Part shown: one piece after another, positions 10,645 through 20,805 of the stretch
Layout: every line of letters starts with the position of its first letter
How positions within the stretch are numbered: the first letter of the stretch is position 1
Source: a virus
IMG/VR virus record: IMGVR_UViG_2778260932_000003
Location: 9,788-73,787 of that record
Length of the DNA stretch: 64,000 nt
Direction: 5' to 3' (one strand)
The notes under the pieces: generated by a model
What the model saw: the letters and a program-made list of their open reading frames with translations, nothing else
Databases searched by the model: none
What the model was told of the DNA's origin: nothing
Made by a program: the position numbers and the translations under genes

Positions 10645-10691
10645 TTAAAAATAACATTCACTAGTATAAGACTGTGGATGAAATGTATAGG

Positions 10692-10779
10692 TTCTGATTT
10701 AATTAACTTAAATCAGAACCAAGCATAAATAACTAATGTGGTTGAAGGTACAATCAGCACAACTGTCAGAAAACTTTAA
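10692..10779 (+). pseudogene. Decayed 3' stub of a further deaminase toxin variant
   Basis: Frame from ~10671 reads LWMKC-IGSDLINLNQNQA*IT-NVVEGTISTTVRKL*. It has the same 16-residue spacing from the second Cys to N..EGT, with aligned QN, as the 1..1056 toxin. Start approximate. Confidence 0.55.
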
Positions 10780-10790
10780 AGAGATAGTTT

Positions 10791-11783
10791 ATGAAACTTT
10801 TAAATAGAAAAATGTATAAAGGTGTAATTACTTATTACGTTGGAATGTCACAACCTGAATTAATTTTTCTTAAAAACTGTTTACACGATATTTTACTTAA
10901 ATTTAATGAAATTGAAGAAAATAATTATGATAAATTAGCCTGGTTAAAAGCTATTTTTTCAGAAATATCAAATTGCTTAGAGTCTAATATTGAACAGTTA
11001 AAAACAACTAGGATCGCAAAAGAATATATAGATAGAGAAGTATTTTGTACTCTCAAACTAACATCTGGAGAACATGATTTACTAGTACAATATATCAAAG
11101 AATTAAAATATACTATCTATAAAACACCCTCATCCAGTAATTTAAAACCTCTGTGCAATGATGTGGAAGAATTAACTAACTATTTTGAAAAACTACAGTA
11201 TTTTGGAGTAAAAGAAACTAATCAAAATTATAAAATGACCAAAACTGAATTAATAGAATATCTACATTCTGCTTACCCAGAATTAACTATAGATACTACA
11301 TATATTAAAGGTTATTCCGAAGAAGATATATCAAAATTAGAATATTTATATGATATCAAAATTCAAGGTCAGTTACTTGAGTTTTTAATTCATATGGGTC
11401 GTTGTAGTGGAGGGTTATTTGAAAGTCAACCTTTATTGTTTTATTGGATAAGGAATAACGAAAATAAAATAAAATTTTCAGAACTTGAATATAAAATGTC
11501 AATTCAAGAGAGTCTTGAATACACTTTTAGAGATATTCAACGGCTTGATCTGATAAAACAAAAACCTTTCATCATTTCATTTGAAAACGAGGGGATTTAC
11601 GACTATTTCTTATTAACTGAGTCAGATACTCCTAATTTAGTTTATTATGTAGATAATAACTATAATGAAGTAGTACTTACTGGATTAACCTTTAATGAGT
11701 ATTTAAGAAGTACTGTGGATTCTTATAGAGCCTATCAATATAAAGCTCCTTTTGATCTAAAAGGAACTTTGCTTGGAATGTAG
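10791..11783 (+). CDS. Fused ImmX-SUKH immunity protein
   Basis: Paralogue of 9649..10644; internal ATG at 11235 (MTKTELIEYLHS). Confidence 0.75.
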   Translation: MKLLNRKMYKGVITYYVGMSQPELIFLKNCLHDILLKFNEIEENNYDKLAWLKAIFSEISNCLESNIEQLKTTRIAKEYIDREVFCTLKLTSGEHDLLVQYIKELKYTIYKTPSSSNLKPLCNDVEELTNYFEKLQYFGVKETNQNYKMTKTELIEYLHSAYPELTIDTTYIKGYSEEDISKLEYLYDIKIQGQLLEFLIHMGRCSGGLFESQPLLFYWIRNNENKIKFSELEYKMSIQESLEYTFRDIQRLDLIKQKPFIISFENEGIYDYFLLTESDTPNLVYYVDNNYNEVVLTGLTFNEYLRSTVDSYRAYQYKAPFDLKGTLLGM

Positions 11784-11866
11784 AAACTATTTTCATTTTG
11801 TTATTTGGTTATTTACCCTACAATTTTTTGATTTATCCAAAACAGATGCACCTAAAAGAGGATTTT

Positions 11867-12823
11867 ATGAAAAACTTTAAAACTTTTACAAAGATTTCTA
11901 CATTAACTTTATTAATTTCTACTAATCTAGCTTTCGCTAATGATATCATTCTTAATGATTCTAACACTCAAATTAACCAAGTTAATAATATTCCGGTTAT
12001 CAACATAGCTACTCCAACTCTTAATGGTATGTCTAGAAATACTTATAAAGAGTTTAATATTAATGAAAAGGGTGTGGTTTTCAATAACTCCATAGATTCT
12101 ACTAATTCTCAATTAGTAGGTCAATTAGATAAAAACCCTAATTTAGCAGATAGGACTGCTATATTAATTGTTAATGAAGTAGTAGGAGGTAATCTATCTC
12201 AACTTAAAGGAGCTATAGAAATAGTTGGAGATGATGCTAAGCTGATTATAACTAACCCTAATGGTGTCATTATTAATGGGGCTAAATTCATAAATGTAAC
12301 GGAATCTTTTATTAGCACAGGTAAACCTGTTTTCAATAAAAAAGATTTACTTAGTTTAGAAGTAACTAAGGGCAAGGTTACTATTGGTGAAAAAGGCTTA
12401 GAATCTACTGAGAATAACCTTGTTGTTTTCAGTAGATCTCTTCAAGTAAATGGAAAAATTAATGCTGATATTATTACAGCGATGATAGGACCTAATTCCA
12501 TGAGTATGAAGGTTCCAGGGATGCCTATCAGATTTGAAAATGAAACTCCTCAACCAGGATTTTCTATAGATACAGGTAATCTTGGAGGTATGTATGCTAA
12601 TAAAAGCATAATACTTCTTAGTAACGAAAAAGGTGCCGGCGTGAATATAAGGGATCTATCAACTTCAAGGGGACAATTAGAAGATGTTGTTGTACAATTA
12701 ATGAAAGACTCCGGAGCCGTACATACTAGTAACCAAAAACAAGATATAATTGTTGCGGCTAATAGATATATTCATGAAGGTGTAGAACTAAAAAATGTTG
12801 ATGGTATATGGCAGCTCCCATAA
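11867..12823 (+). CDS. Small stand-alone TPS-domain protein (318 aa) with signal peptide
   Basis: Start MKNFKTFTK after aagagga; LAFA|ND signal peptide. TPS motifs INIATP, NTYKEFN, ILIVNEVVGG, ITNPNG. Uninterrupted ORF followed by a terminator. Confidence 0.8.
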   Translation: MKNFKTFTKISTLTLLISTNLAFANDIILNDSNTQINQVNNIPVINIATPTLNGMSRNTYKEFNINEKGVVFNNSIDSTNSQLVGQLDKNPNLADRTAILIVNEVVGGNLSQLKGAIEIVGDDAKLIITNPNGVIINGAKFINVTESFISTGKPVFNKKDLLSLEVTKGKVTIGEKGLESTENNLVVFSRSLQVNGKINADIITAMIGPNSMSMKVPGMPIRFENETPQPGFSIDTGNLGGMYANKSIILLSNEKGAGVNIRDLSTSRGQLEDVVVQLMKDSGAVHTSNQKQDIIVAANRYIHEGVELKNVDGIWQLP

Positions 12824-12848
12824 GTTATAGATAACAACCAAAAACTAT

Positions 12849-12874
12849 AAAACCACTCATACGAGTGGTTTTTT
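12849..12874. terminator. Rho-independent (bidirectional) terminator
   Basis: AAAACCACTC-ATAC-GAGTGGTTTT-TT between convergent genes. Confidence 0.8.
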
Positions 12875-12897
12875 CGGACATAATATATAACTAACTG

Positions 12898-13140
12898 TTA
12901 ATGTCTTTGATATAAACATCCTTTAGTTAATCCTTCAGAAATATACAGTTCAGTAGCTAGACTACTCAATACTGGACATTCTTTAGTAATCAATTCTGAA
13001 ATATATTCAGCTAAGTTCTCAATTGTAGTTTCCTTTCTACATATATGAACATTAACATTCTTCAATTTAACTAATTTTTCCATATTGAAACTCATTTCCA
13101 TAAAACCTCTTTCTCCTGTTTTATAAGAAATGCTCAATAA
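12898..13140 (-). pseudogene. 3' fragment of an AT-rich gene cut at the prophage junction; weak resemblance to the C-terminus of QueD/PTPS-like proteins
   Basis: No proper start before the capsid junction at ~13143. ETTIENLAEYI...LYISEGLTKG recalls the PTPS-like T.E.LA...EG..KG pattern (from memory, unverified). Confidence 0.3.
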
Positions 13141-13143
13141 ATC

Positions 13144-13308
13144 TTCAAACGCGGCTACACCATCTTAGATCGCATGGGCGTGCGTATGCTGCGTGATCCG
13201 TACACCCATAAGCCGTTTATCCACTTCTACACCACCAAACGGGTTGGTTCCCTGCGGGTGGACAGCAACGCCGTGAAACTGCTGAAAGTGGCAGAAGATA
13301 AGGCGTAG
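13144..13308 (+). pseudogene. C-terminal 54 aa of an HK97-family major capsid protein
   Basis: Reads FKRGYTILDRMGVRMLRDPYTHKPFIHFYTTKRVGSLRVDSNAVKLLKVAEDKA*, a typical HK97-type capsid C-terminus; not in the ORF track. Confidence 0.85.
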
Positions 13309-13331
13309 TCACCTTATTCTCAGGAGATGAC

Positions 13332-13634
13332 ATGCCTTTTCCCACGATTGATCTGCTTCGGCAGCAGTGCCGTATCGACAGTGATAATCATACCGAAGAT
13401 GATTTATTAGACACTTATGCGCGGGCGGCCATTAAACGGGTCGAAAACTATCTGAATCGCCGCCTGTATGAACAGGCTGTGCCGGAGGATGATCCGGATG
13501 GTCTGTTAGCGACTGACGATGTGACACTGGCAATTATGCTGGCAGTCGGTTACTGGTATGAAAACCGGGAGGCACAGACCTTACCCACCGGATTTAAATC
13601 GTTGCTGGAACCCTACCGTTTTATTCCGTTATAG
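13332..13634 (+). CDS. Head-tail connector (HK97 gp6-like)
   Basis: LRQQCRID...DDLLDTYARAA...LAIMLAVGYWYENREA...LLEPYR. Confidence 0.9.
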   Translation: MPFPTIDLLRQQCRIDSDNHTEDDLLDTYARAAIKRVENYLNRRLYEQAVPEDDPDGLLATDDVTLAIMLAVGYWYENREAQTLPTGFKSLLEPYRFIPL

Positions 13635-13644
13635 GAGAATGCCG

Positions 13645-13971
13645 ATGAAAGCGGGCTCACTTCGCTATCGCATTAAACTGTTTCGCCCTGTAAAAAACCG
13701 TGATGATCTGGGTGCTGAAATCATTGGGCGGGAATATGTCACTGAAACCTGGGCACGAGCGGACGCCATGTCCAACCGCAAAATCCGCACGGCGGATCAG
13801 CAACAGGTGATCGAGGTGCAACAATTTACCGTCAGGCCAAGAAAAGATATTGAACCTGATTGGTTGGTTGAACATCAGGGACGGCTGTTTACCGTTCGCA
13901 CTGTGGATCGTAACCATACTGACCGTGCCGTTATCACCACGGAGGCCGATGCGCACCATGATCGAACCTGA
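13645..13971 (+). CDS. Head closure / head-tail adaptor (SPP1 gp16-like)
   Basis: MKAGSLRYRIKL...WARAD; RBS AGGAG at 13633. Confidence 0.85.
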   Translation: MKAGSLRYRIKLFRPVKNRDDLGAEIIGREYVTETWARADAMSNRKIRTADQQQVIEVQQFTVRPRKDIEPDWLVEHQGRLFTVRTVDRNHTDRAVITTEADAHHDRT

Positions 13972-14347
13972 ACTGAAAGCGGATTTAGAACGATTAACGA
14001 ATCTGCCAGTTTATCCGCTGATACTGCCGTCCAGCGTGTTAGAGGGCGTGACCTATCAGCGTATCAGCGATCTCCGATTCAATATCGGGCTGGCGGCCTC
14101 GCCGTTAATCGAAGCGCGTTTCCAAATCAGCATTATGGTGCTGAACGATTACTCCCAGGCTTTGCGACTGGAAGCCAAAATCCGTACCACATGGGAATCC
14201 GTGCAGCATGGCAGGCTCGGCGGCTATCCGGTGCAAACCGTTTCACGCGGAATGTTGCAGCAGGCGGTGGAAGAGTTGACGGAAAACCGCAAGCGCTACC
14301 GTATTACACGGGACTTTATCATCACTTACACGGAGCATCTGACATGA
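13958..14347 (+). CDS. Tail terminator protein (DUF3168-like)
   Basis: MIEPELKADLERLTNLPVYPL...VTYQRISD...RFQISI; GGAGG upstream. Confidence 0.7.
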   Translation: MIEPELKADLERLTNLPVYPLILPSSVLEGVTYQRISDLRFNIGLAASPLIEARFQISIMVLNDYSQALRLEAKIRTTWESVQHGRLGGYPVQTVSRGMLQQAVEELTENRKRYRITRDFIITYTEHLT

Positions 14348-14748
14348 TCACCGCAAAAACAATGGGATGGACAGAGTTGGGGCATAAATTGCAGGTACTG
14401 GACAGTGATCTCCAGACCCACATCCTGCGCAAAGCCGGAAAAGTTGCCATGGCAATCGTTAAAGAAGATATGGCTGCCCACGCCGGTTATAACCGAAAAA
14501 ATGAGGGTTCCCATCTGCGGGAGGCCATTCAGATCCGTTCGACAAAATCGAAAAAATACACAGGCGGGGTGATGATCACCGTGGGGCCGACAAAACCCCA
14601 TCGTATGAAAGCACTGGCGCAGGAGATGGGCACGATTAAGCAGGTGCCAAAACCCTTTATCCGTCCGGCGCTGGATTACAACAAAACCACTGTTATTAAA
14701 GTGCTCGCGCAGGAAATCCGCGATGCCTTATCAGGGTACAGTCAATAG
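14344..14748 (+). CDS. HK97 gp10-like tail completion protein
   Basis: ATGA overlap; GWTELGHKLQ...HLREAIQI...EMGTIKQVPKPFIRPALD. Confidence 0.85.
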   Translation: MITAKTMGWTELGHKLQVLDSDLQTHILRKAGKVAMAIVKEDMAAHAGYNRKNEGSHLREAIQIRSTKSKKYTGGVMITVGPTKPHRMKALAQEMGTIKQVPKPFIRPALDYNKTTVIKVLAQEIRDALSGYSQ

Positions 14749-14759
14749 GAGAACACATC

Positions 14760-15224
14760 ATGGCAACATCCCCTGAATACGCCGTATTGCCAGCGGGTAC
14801 ACTCGTGAAATTTGGCAAACCCGGCGACAGCGTGGAACAGATGAAACCGCTGATTAACTGCAAGGCATTGGGTGCCACTGGGCTAACGGGCAGTTTTGTC
14901 GATTGCACCACTTTGATGGATACCAACAAACAATTTATTTCCGATATGCCGGAGGGGCCGGGAAAATCCCTCGGCTTTATTGATGATCCGGAGAACTCCG
15001 ATTTTGTTTCTTTCCTGAACGCGGCTGAAAAGCGCGACACGGTGCAATTTTACATCGCCCTGCCGAATAAGCGCACCGCGACAATGGTGCTGGCACTGTC
15101 CGGTTGGGAAATGAACGACATTAACGCCCCGGCCAGTGAAGTGATCCAAATCACGGTCAAGGGCAAACAAAACAGCCTCGTCTGGGGTATCGCTGACACC
15201 AAAACAGGAGTGACCCAATCATGA
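14760..15224 (+). CDS. Major tail tube protein
   Basis: Position in the module; IGATGLTG-like segment, DCTTLMDT.KQFISDMPEG, ALSGWEM. Confidence 0.85.
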   Translation: MATSPEYAVLPAGTLVKFGKPGDSVEQMKPLINCKALGATGLTGSFVDCTTLMDTNKQFISDMPEGPGKSLGFIDDPENSDFVSFLNAAEKRDTVQFYIALPNKRTATMVLALSGWEMNDINAPASEVIQITVKGKQNSLVWGIADTKTGVTQS

Positions 15225-15784
15225 AAAATCTGAAAGCCGCCTTACTCACCCCACGCCCGCAGATTAAGGCAGTGGAGCTGTTTGGCACCCAAATCAACCT
15301 GCGCCGGATGACGGCACTGGAATTACTGGAACTGGAAGAAAAAGCGGAAACGTTCAGTGATGCCGGAAACGGGCGCGACGCCTCCCGCCTGAATATCCAG
15401 ATGGTGCTGGATTGTCTGGTGGATGATAAGGGGAAACCCATTGATAAGGCTGATTTGCCCACCGCCGATGAGTTAATGGCGATCCACGATAACGCCACCC
15501 TGATTGAAGCGATTCAGACCGTGAAGCGTCATGCCATCGGCACACTGGAGGAGGCCGAAAAAAAACTGACCCGCTCGCCGTGGCTGCATTTTGCTTTCAC
15601 GTTAGCTGAACAGCTCGGCGAAATTGACCCCTATCGCATCCTGTCTCTGCCCGCCGCCACGCTTAACGAATGGCAGGCCTATTACCGACTGAAAAACCGC
15701 AAACAGCCAGACAATCCGCCTGTTTCGCCTCCCCGTGATACGGTTCAGGCTCAGTGTGAGGCTGTTATGAAATTATTAGGTTAA
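15221..15784 (+). CDS. Tail assembly chaperone G+T, joined in one frame at the slippery A8 (15558-15565)
   Basis: Lies between tube and tape measure. With A7 the text would read GAA AAA AAC TGA (G stop) with T in the -1 frame (L.LAEQLG..DP...LNEWQAYY). Confidence 0.8.
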   Translation: MKNLKAALLTPRPQIKAVELFGTQINLRRMTALELLELEEKAETFSDAGNGRDASRLNIQMVLDCLVDDKGKPIDKADLPTADELMAIHDNATLIEAIQTVKRHAIGTLEEAEKKLTRSPWLHFAFTLAEQLGEIDPYRILSLPAATLNEWQAYYRLKNRKQPDNPPVSPPRDTVQAQCEAVMKLLG

Positions 15785-15787
15785 GTT

Positions 15788-18700
15788 ATGGCTAATTTAT
15801 CGACATTAACGGTCGGCTTGCTGGTCAATGCCACCGCGTTTAAATCCCAGATAATGGATGCCTATCGTTATGCTGGGCGGGAGTCTGAACGCTTTAGCGA
15901 TAAATCGGTGGCAGATGCCAACAAGGTGAAAAAGAGCTATAGCTCTCTGGCCTCGGAAATCAAGTCTGTCTCCGGTCAGTTAATGATGCTGGCAGGAACG
16001 GGGTTTTCACTGAGCAGTATGATTTCCCATACCCGTCAATATGGTCAGGCATTGTCTGACCTGTCTGCCATTACGGGTGCCACGGGTGCGCAGTTAAAGA
16101 AACTGGATGAAACCGCCCAGCAGTTAGGCCGAACCACCGAATTCGGGGCAACCGGTATTGCCAATGCCCTGAAATTAATGGCCTCCGCGAAACCGGAATT
16201 GCTGAAAAACACGGCAGCGCTGACGCAGGCGACGGAAAAAGCGGTGATTCTGGCGCAGGCGTCCGGTATCGAATTACCTGAAGCCACCAAAGCACTGGCG
16301 TTATCCTTAAATCAGTTTGGGGCCGGCGCTGCGCAGGCAGATCGTTATATCAACGTACTGGCCGCCGGCGCAAAATACGGTTCTTCAGAAATTAACGAAA
16401 CGGCGCAGGCTATTAAAAATGGCGGAACGGTCGCGGCACAGGCCGCGATAAGCTTTGAAGCACTGAATGCCGTGATCCAGATACTGGCGGCAGGCGGGAT
16501 AAAAGGCGCAGAAGCCGGGACCGCGATCCGCAATATTATTCTGGCCCTGGAGAAATCCACCGACAAGAAACTCAGGCCTTCGGTTGTGGGACTGGGATCA
16601 GCTTTGGATCACCTTAAAAGTAAAAAAACTGTCCACAGCGGAAGCAGCGAAGCTGTTCGGGCGGGCGAATGTCAGCGCAGCGTCTCAGTTGGTCGTCGGT
16701 CGTGACAGGCTGGATGCGTTAACGCAGTCACTGACTGATACCCGGGTCGCCTATGATCAGGCATCTGAACGGGCGAATAATCTGAGCGCTGATCTGGATG
16801 TGTTAGCCAGTGCGTTTGAGGGGATGGCGATTAAAATCGGCCAGAGTGCCGATGGCCCATTGCGTAGCGGGGTGCAAAATGCCACCAGCGCGATCAATGT
16901 GTTATCCGAAAACTTTAATCTGGTGGCCAGTGTGGCACTGCATACGTTAATTCCGGTAATGGCAACGAAGCTGACAGCGGGACTGCGTGAAAATGTGGCG
17001 GCATGGCGAGCCACCGAAAAAGCCGCGCGTGATGTTGCCCGACAGCAGGCCGAAACTGCAAAACGCACGATAGAACAGGCCAATGCCACGCTGCGCTCAA
17101 CGGAAGCACAGGGCAAGCATATTCAATATCTGGAAAGCACAAATCGCTTGCACGGCCTTTCCGTCAATTATTCGAAAGAAAAAAGTACCCTGATCCGGCA
17201 GGAAACTGAAGCTCTCAGATTGCAGACACAGGCCACCGGTCAACTTGCAGCGGCAAATCGCCGGCTGTCTTATGCTTACCGGGCCTTATCTGCCGCAGGG
17301 GGATTTGCCCGTGGGGCACTGGCCCTGATTGGCGGGCCATTTGGTGCCGCGATGTTGGCAGGCTCTGCTCTCTATTATTTCCATCAACGGGCACAAGAGG
17401 CTCGCGCAAGTGCAACCAATTTAAAGGATGCCGTGCTCGAAACAAAAGCGGCACTGATGCAGCTTTCAAAGGTTGAACTGTCCTCTCAGGTGCTGAAATA
17501 TCGGGATGCACTGGATAAGCAAAAAAAGGAGACTGCCAAAATATGGCTGGATTTGCAGGGTAAGAAAAATATCGTTTCCGGTGTGGGATTTGGCGGTCTG
17601 TGGGCAAACAAAACGAAAGCGCAGGAAGAAGTGATACACGCAGAGGCGGAATACGAAAAAGCGCGCAAGAAACTGGAATTTCATCAGAAACAGCTTGAAG
17701 AAGCTCAGTCTGCATTAAAAGCGTTGGAAGCCGGTGAAAAGTCCAAACCCCTGCCTGATAACGCCGCTGGCAGTGGCACGGGGAATCCGTGGACAGGCAA
17801 TGGTGATGATAAGAAAGCAAAAAATATTCAAATCCTGAATCAGTATCGCCAGTTGCGCTTCGATATTGAAACAGCGCACACGACCAGTTTAGGGCGCATT
17901 ATCCTAAGTGAACAGGAAGTCCAGCGAAAGCTAGATGAAGTGGGTAAATCTGGCTTAGTTTCCCAACAGGAAATTCAACGTTTAACCGCTTTTAATGCTG
18001 AAAATCACCAGAAACAGCGGCTGGCACTGGTAGAAAAATATGCACCGGAAAAAGCGCTGATTCGACAGGAAAAAGCAGCCAGCGAAGAGCTGAAAGCACT
18101 GTACATCGAGCGGTTGCTCAGTGAGCAGGAATATTTATCTGCCAGCAAGGCGTTATATCAAACTTCGGTCAAAGACAAATTAGCAGAACAGGCGAAGCAA
18201 ATTTCCGCCCCGCATCTGGATATGACGGGTGAGGTTGATCCCGTTGTGCAACTGCAAAATCAGCTCATAGAACAAACCGCGCTTTACGACACTTACTACC
18301 GGAACGGACTTCTCAGCAAAGAACGTCATGAGCAGTTAATAACAGCCGCTGCTCATAGTTCCAAAGACGCACAATTTGCCGCCGCAAAGGATTTATATGC
18401 ATCACAAGGCGATTTCCAGAAAATGCAGATGGATCTGTTGGATGTGGTTGAGCAACGCACGGGTAACGCTTTAACCGGCATGTTGACGGGCACAAAATCA
18501 TTTTCGGAATCCATGCGGGAATTGTCGGCATCATTGGCACAATCCATCATTCAGGATCTGGTACGCATTGCTATTCAGGCACTGATAACCAAAGCGATCT
18601 CCGGTTTCTTTGGCGGTGCAATGGGCGGTATGGGGGCCAGCGCATTGTCTTCAGCGGGAGGCGGCCTGTCTTCAGTCGGTTCTGGAATAACCATTACCCC

Positions 18701-19103
18701 GGATGTCTGGAAGAGTCCCATCATGAATGCGAAAGGTGGCGTTTATCAATCTGCGGATTTAAGTCAGTACAGCGGGCAGATTGTCAGTCAACCGACCTTG
18801 TTTGCATTTGCTAAAGGCGGTGGCGTAATGGGCGAAGCCGGACCAGAAGCTATCCTGCCGTTAAAACGGAGTACTGACGGTAAGCTGGGTGTTCAAGCTA
18901 CAGGCAGTACGGGTAACCAGACCTTCAATACCGTCCATATTGTGATCCATTCCGAGGGTACTCATGACACGAAAACATCTAATGGCGCGGAGTCTGCGGG
19001 GCAGGATATCGCGAAATTTGTCGATCAACGATTCAAATTTTTACTGCATAAAAGTCTAAGTCAAGGTGGTGAACTCAGTGCGGCGATTAAAGGAGGCCGA
19101 TGA
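15788..19103 (+). CDS. Tail tape measure protein (~1100 aa), split by +1 A in A7 at 16622-16628
   Basis: TP901-type core in 15788-16705 and lambda-type C-terminus (NAKGGVY...FAFAKGGGVMGEAGPEAILPL) in 16584-19103. Removing one A gives HLKSKKLSTAEAAKLFG. Confidence 0.9.
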
Positions 19104-19435
19104 TGATAAAAACCTTTGATTTCCCTGCAAGGGTAGGTACAAGTGGGGAGTTTGAGCCTATTGTGCGTACCGTCCAGTTTGGTGATGGTTATAAACAGAC
19201 GTCAGGCGATGGGATCAACATGCAGCGAGAAAGCTGGCCCTTGTCTTTTGTCGGGGCACAGTCTGACATACAGCCTGTCATGGATTTTTTGCGTGAACAT
19301 CAGGGCTGGCGCTCATTCAAATGGCGTAATCCGTTATCTGAACTGGGGTTATATCAGGCGGGAAAATTCACTATTCAGGCCAATGGTATTTATTTCACCC
19401 TTTCCGTGACATTTACCCGCATTTATCACCCTTAA
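19100..19435 (+). CDS. Minor tail protein M
   Basis: VRTVQFGDGYKQ...GIN...FLREHQGWRSFKW. Confidence 0.9.
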   Translation: MMIKTFDFPARVGTSGEFEPIVRTVQFGDGYKQTSGDGINMQRESWPLSFVGAQSDIQPVMDFLREHQGWRSFKWRNPLSELGLYQAGKFTIQANGIYFTLSVTFTRIYHP

Positions 19436-19446
19436 GAGGTTTTACC

Positions 19447-20056
19447 ATGACAATCAATGCCACTCTCCAGCAACTTGAGCCGGGGAGCAAAGTCTTATTG
19501 TTTGCAGTTGACGGTTCAGCATTTGGTGGGCCAGAGCTGTATTTTCACAATCACCCTATCGGTGACACCGACCCTCAATGTGGTCAATCTGGACGGCTCG
19601 CTCAGTGCGTTATGTCTGGCTTACCAAAATATGGTGCAAGCGCGTGTCACGATCCGCATGACCTTTGCGCATTATCTGGATGCCCGTAATTTTCCCGACG
19701 GAAACCCGCAAGCCGATCCGACACAGGAGAAAATCGAGGTTTTCTACATCGACAGCAAAACGCAGGAAGATAACGAAAGCATCCAGTTCTCCCTCTCTTC
19801 CCCGGCCGATTTACAGGGGATTAAAATCCCGGCCCGGCAAATCCACAGCCTGTGTACGTGGTGTATGCGCGGACAGTACCGCCAGTCACCGTGTGGCTAT
19901 ACCGGCACCCGATATTTTACTGACAGAGGCAAGCCGACCAATGATCCGGCAGCGGATGCCTGCGGGGGACTTATGAGCGATTGTAAAAAACGTTTTGGTG
20001 ACACGGAACAGCTGCCTTTTGGCGGCTTCCCCGGTTCAGCGTTGCTGAGGCGATAA
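19447..20056 (+). pseudogene. Minor tail protein L with internal deletion/frameshift at ~19560
   Basis: The N-terminus (LQQLEPG..LFAVDGSAFGGPELYFHNHPI) jumps to PTLNVVNLDG...YLDARNF...CTWCMRGQYR..CGY...CGGLMSDCKKRFG. The usual IWWQG..Y.AWP segment is absent. Confidence 0.8.
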
Positions 20057-20058
20057 CC

Positions 20059-20805
20059 ATGACAATCCTGCGAAAATCCACGACCCGCGCGATCATGGCG
20101 CATGCTCAGGCCACCTATCCGAATGAGTGTTGTGGGCTGATCATTCAACAGCATCGTCGGCAGCATTATCTTCCCTGCCGCAACACCGCACCGTCACCCA
20201 CGGAACAGTTCCGTATTCATCCTGAGGATTATGCTGCTGCCGAAGACAAAGGTTCAATTATTGCCATTGTTCACAGCCATCCCGATGCGACGACACAGCC
20301 GAGCCAGTTGGATATCGCTCAGTGCGACCTGTCACAAATTCCTTGGGTGATTGTTTCGTGGCCAGAAGGGGATATCCGTACCCTGATGCCAATGAAAGGC
20401 ATTAAACCCTTAATTGGCCGCCCGTTCGTGCACGGTATCTGGGATTGTTATGCCATCGTGCGTGATTGGTTCAGACTGGAACGGACTATTGAACTCCCTG
20501 ATTTTGAACGTACCGATAGCTGGTGGGTTCGGGGCGAAAATCTGTATATGAAACATTATGCCGCTGCCGGATTTGTCGCGTGTCGCGGTGAATTACAGAC
20601 AGGGGATGTGATCATTATGCAGGTGCAGGCCAATGAACCCAATCATGCTGGGATTTATCTGGGGGACGGTCTGATGCTGCACCATCTGTACGGGCAGCTC
20701 AGCAAGCGAGAACCCTATCATGGCTACTGGCAGGAACGTACCGTCATCACTTTGCGTCACTCATCCACTTCAGCGGATTTTTTGTTTAGGGGAGTCACTT
20801 CATGA
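20059..20805 (+). CDS. Tail assembly protein K (JAB/MPN + NlpC/P60)
   Basis: ECCGL, VHSHPD, DCYAIVRDW, PNHAGIYLG..MLHH. Confidence 0.9.
   Translation: MTILRKSTTRAIMAHAQATYPNECCGLIIQQHRRQHYLPCRNTAPSPTEQFRIHPEDYAAAEDKGSIIAIVHSHPDATTQPSQLDIAQCDLSQIPWVIVSWPEGDIRTLMPMKGIKPLIGRPFVHGIWDCYAIVRDWFRLERTIELPDFERTDSWWVRGENLYMKHYAAAGFVACRGELQTGDVIIMQVQANEPNHAGIYLGDGLMLHHLYGQLSKREPYHGYWQERTVITLRHSSTSADFLFRGVTS

Noticed and set aside
13958-14748. Tail terminator gene preceding the gp10-like gene (reverse of HK97 order)
   Set aside because: Minor order variation among siphoviruses, and the DUF3168 call is only moderately confident.
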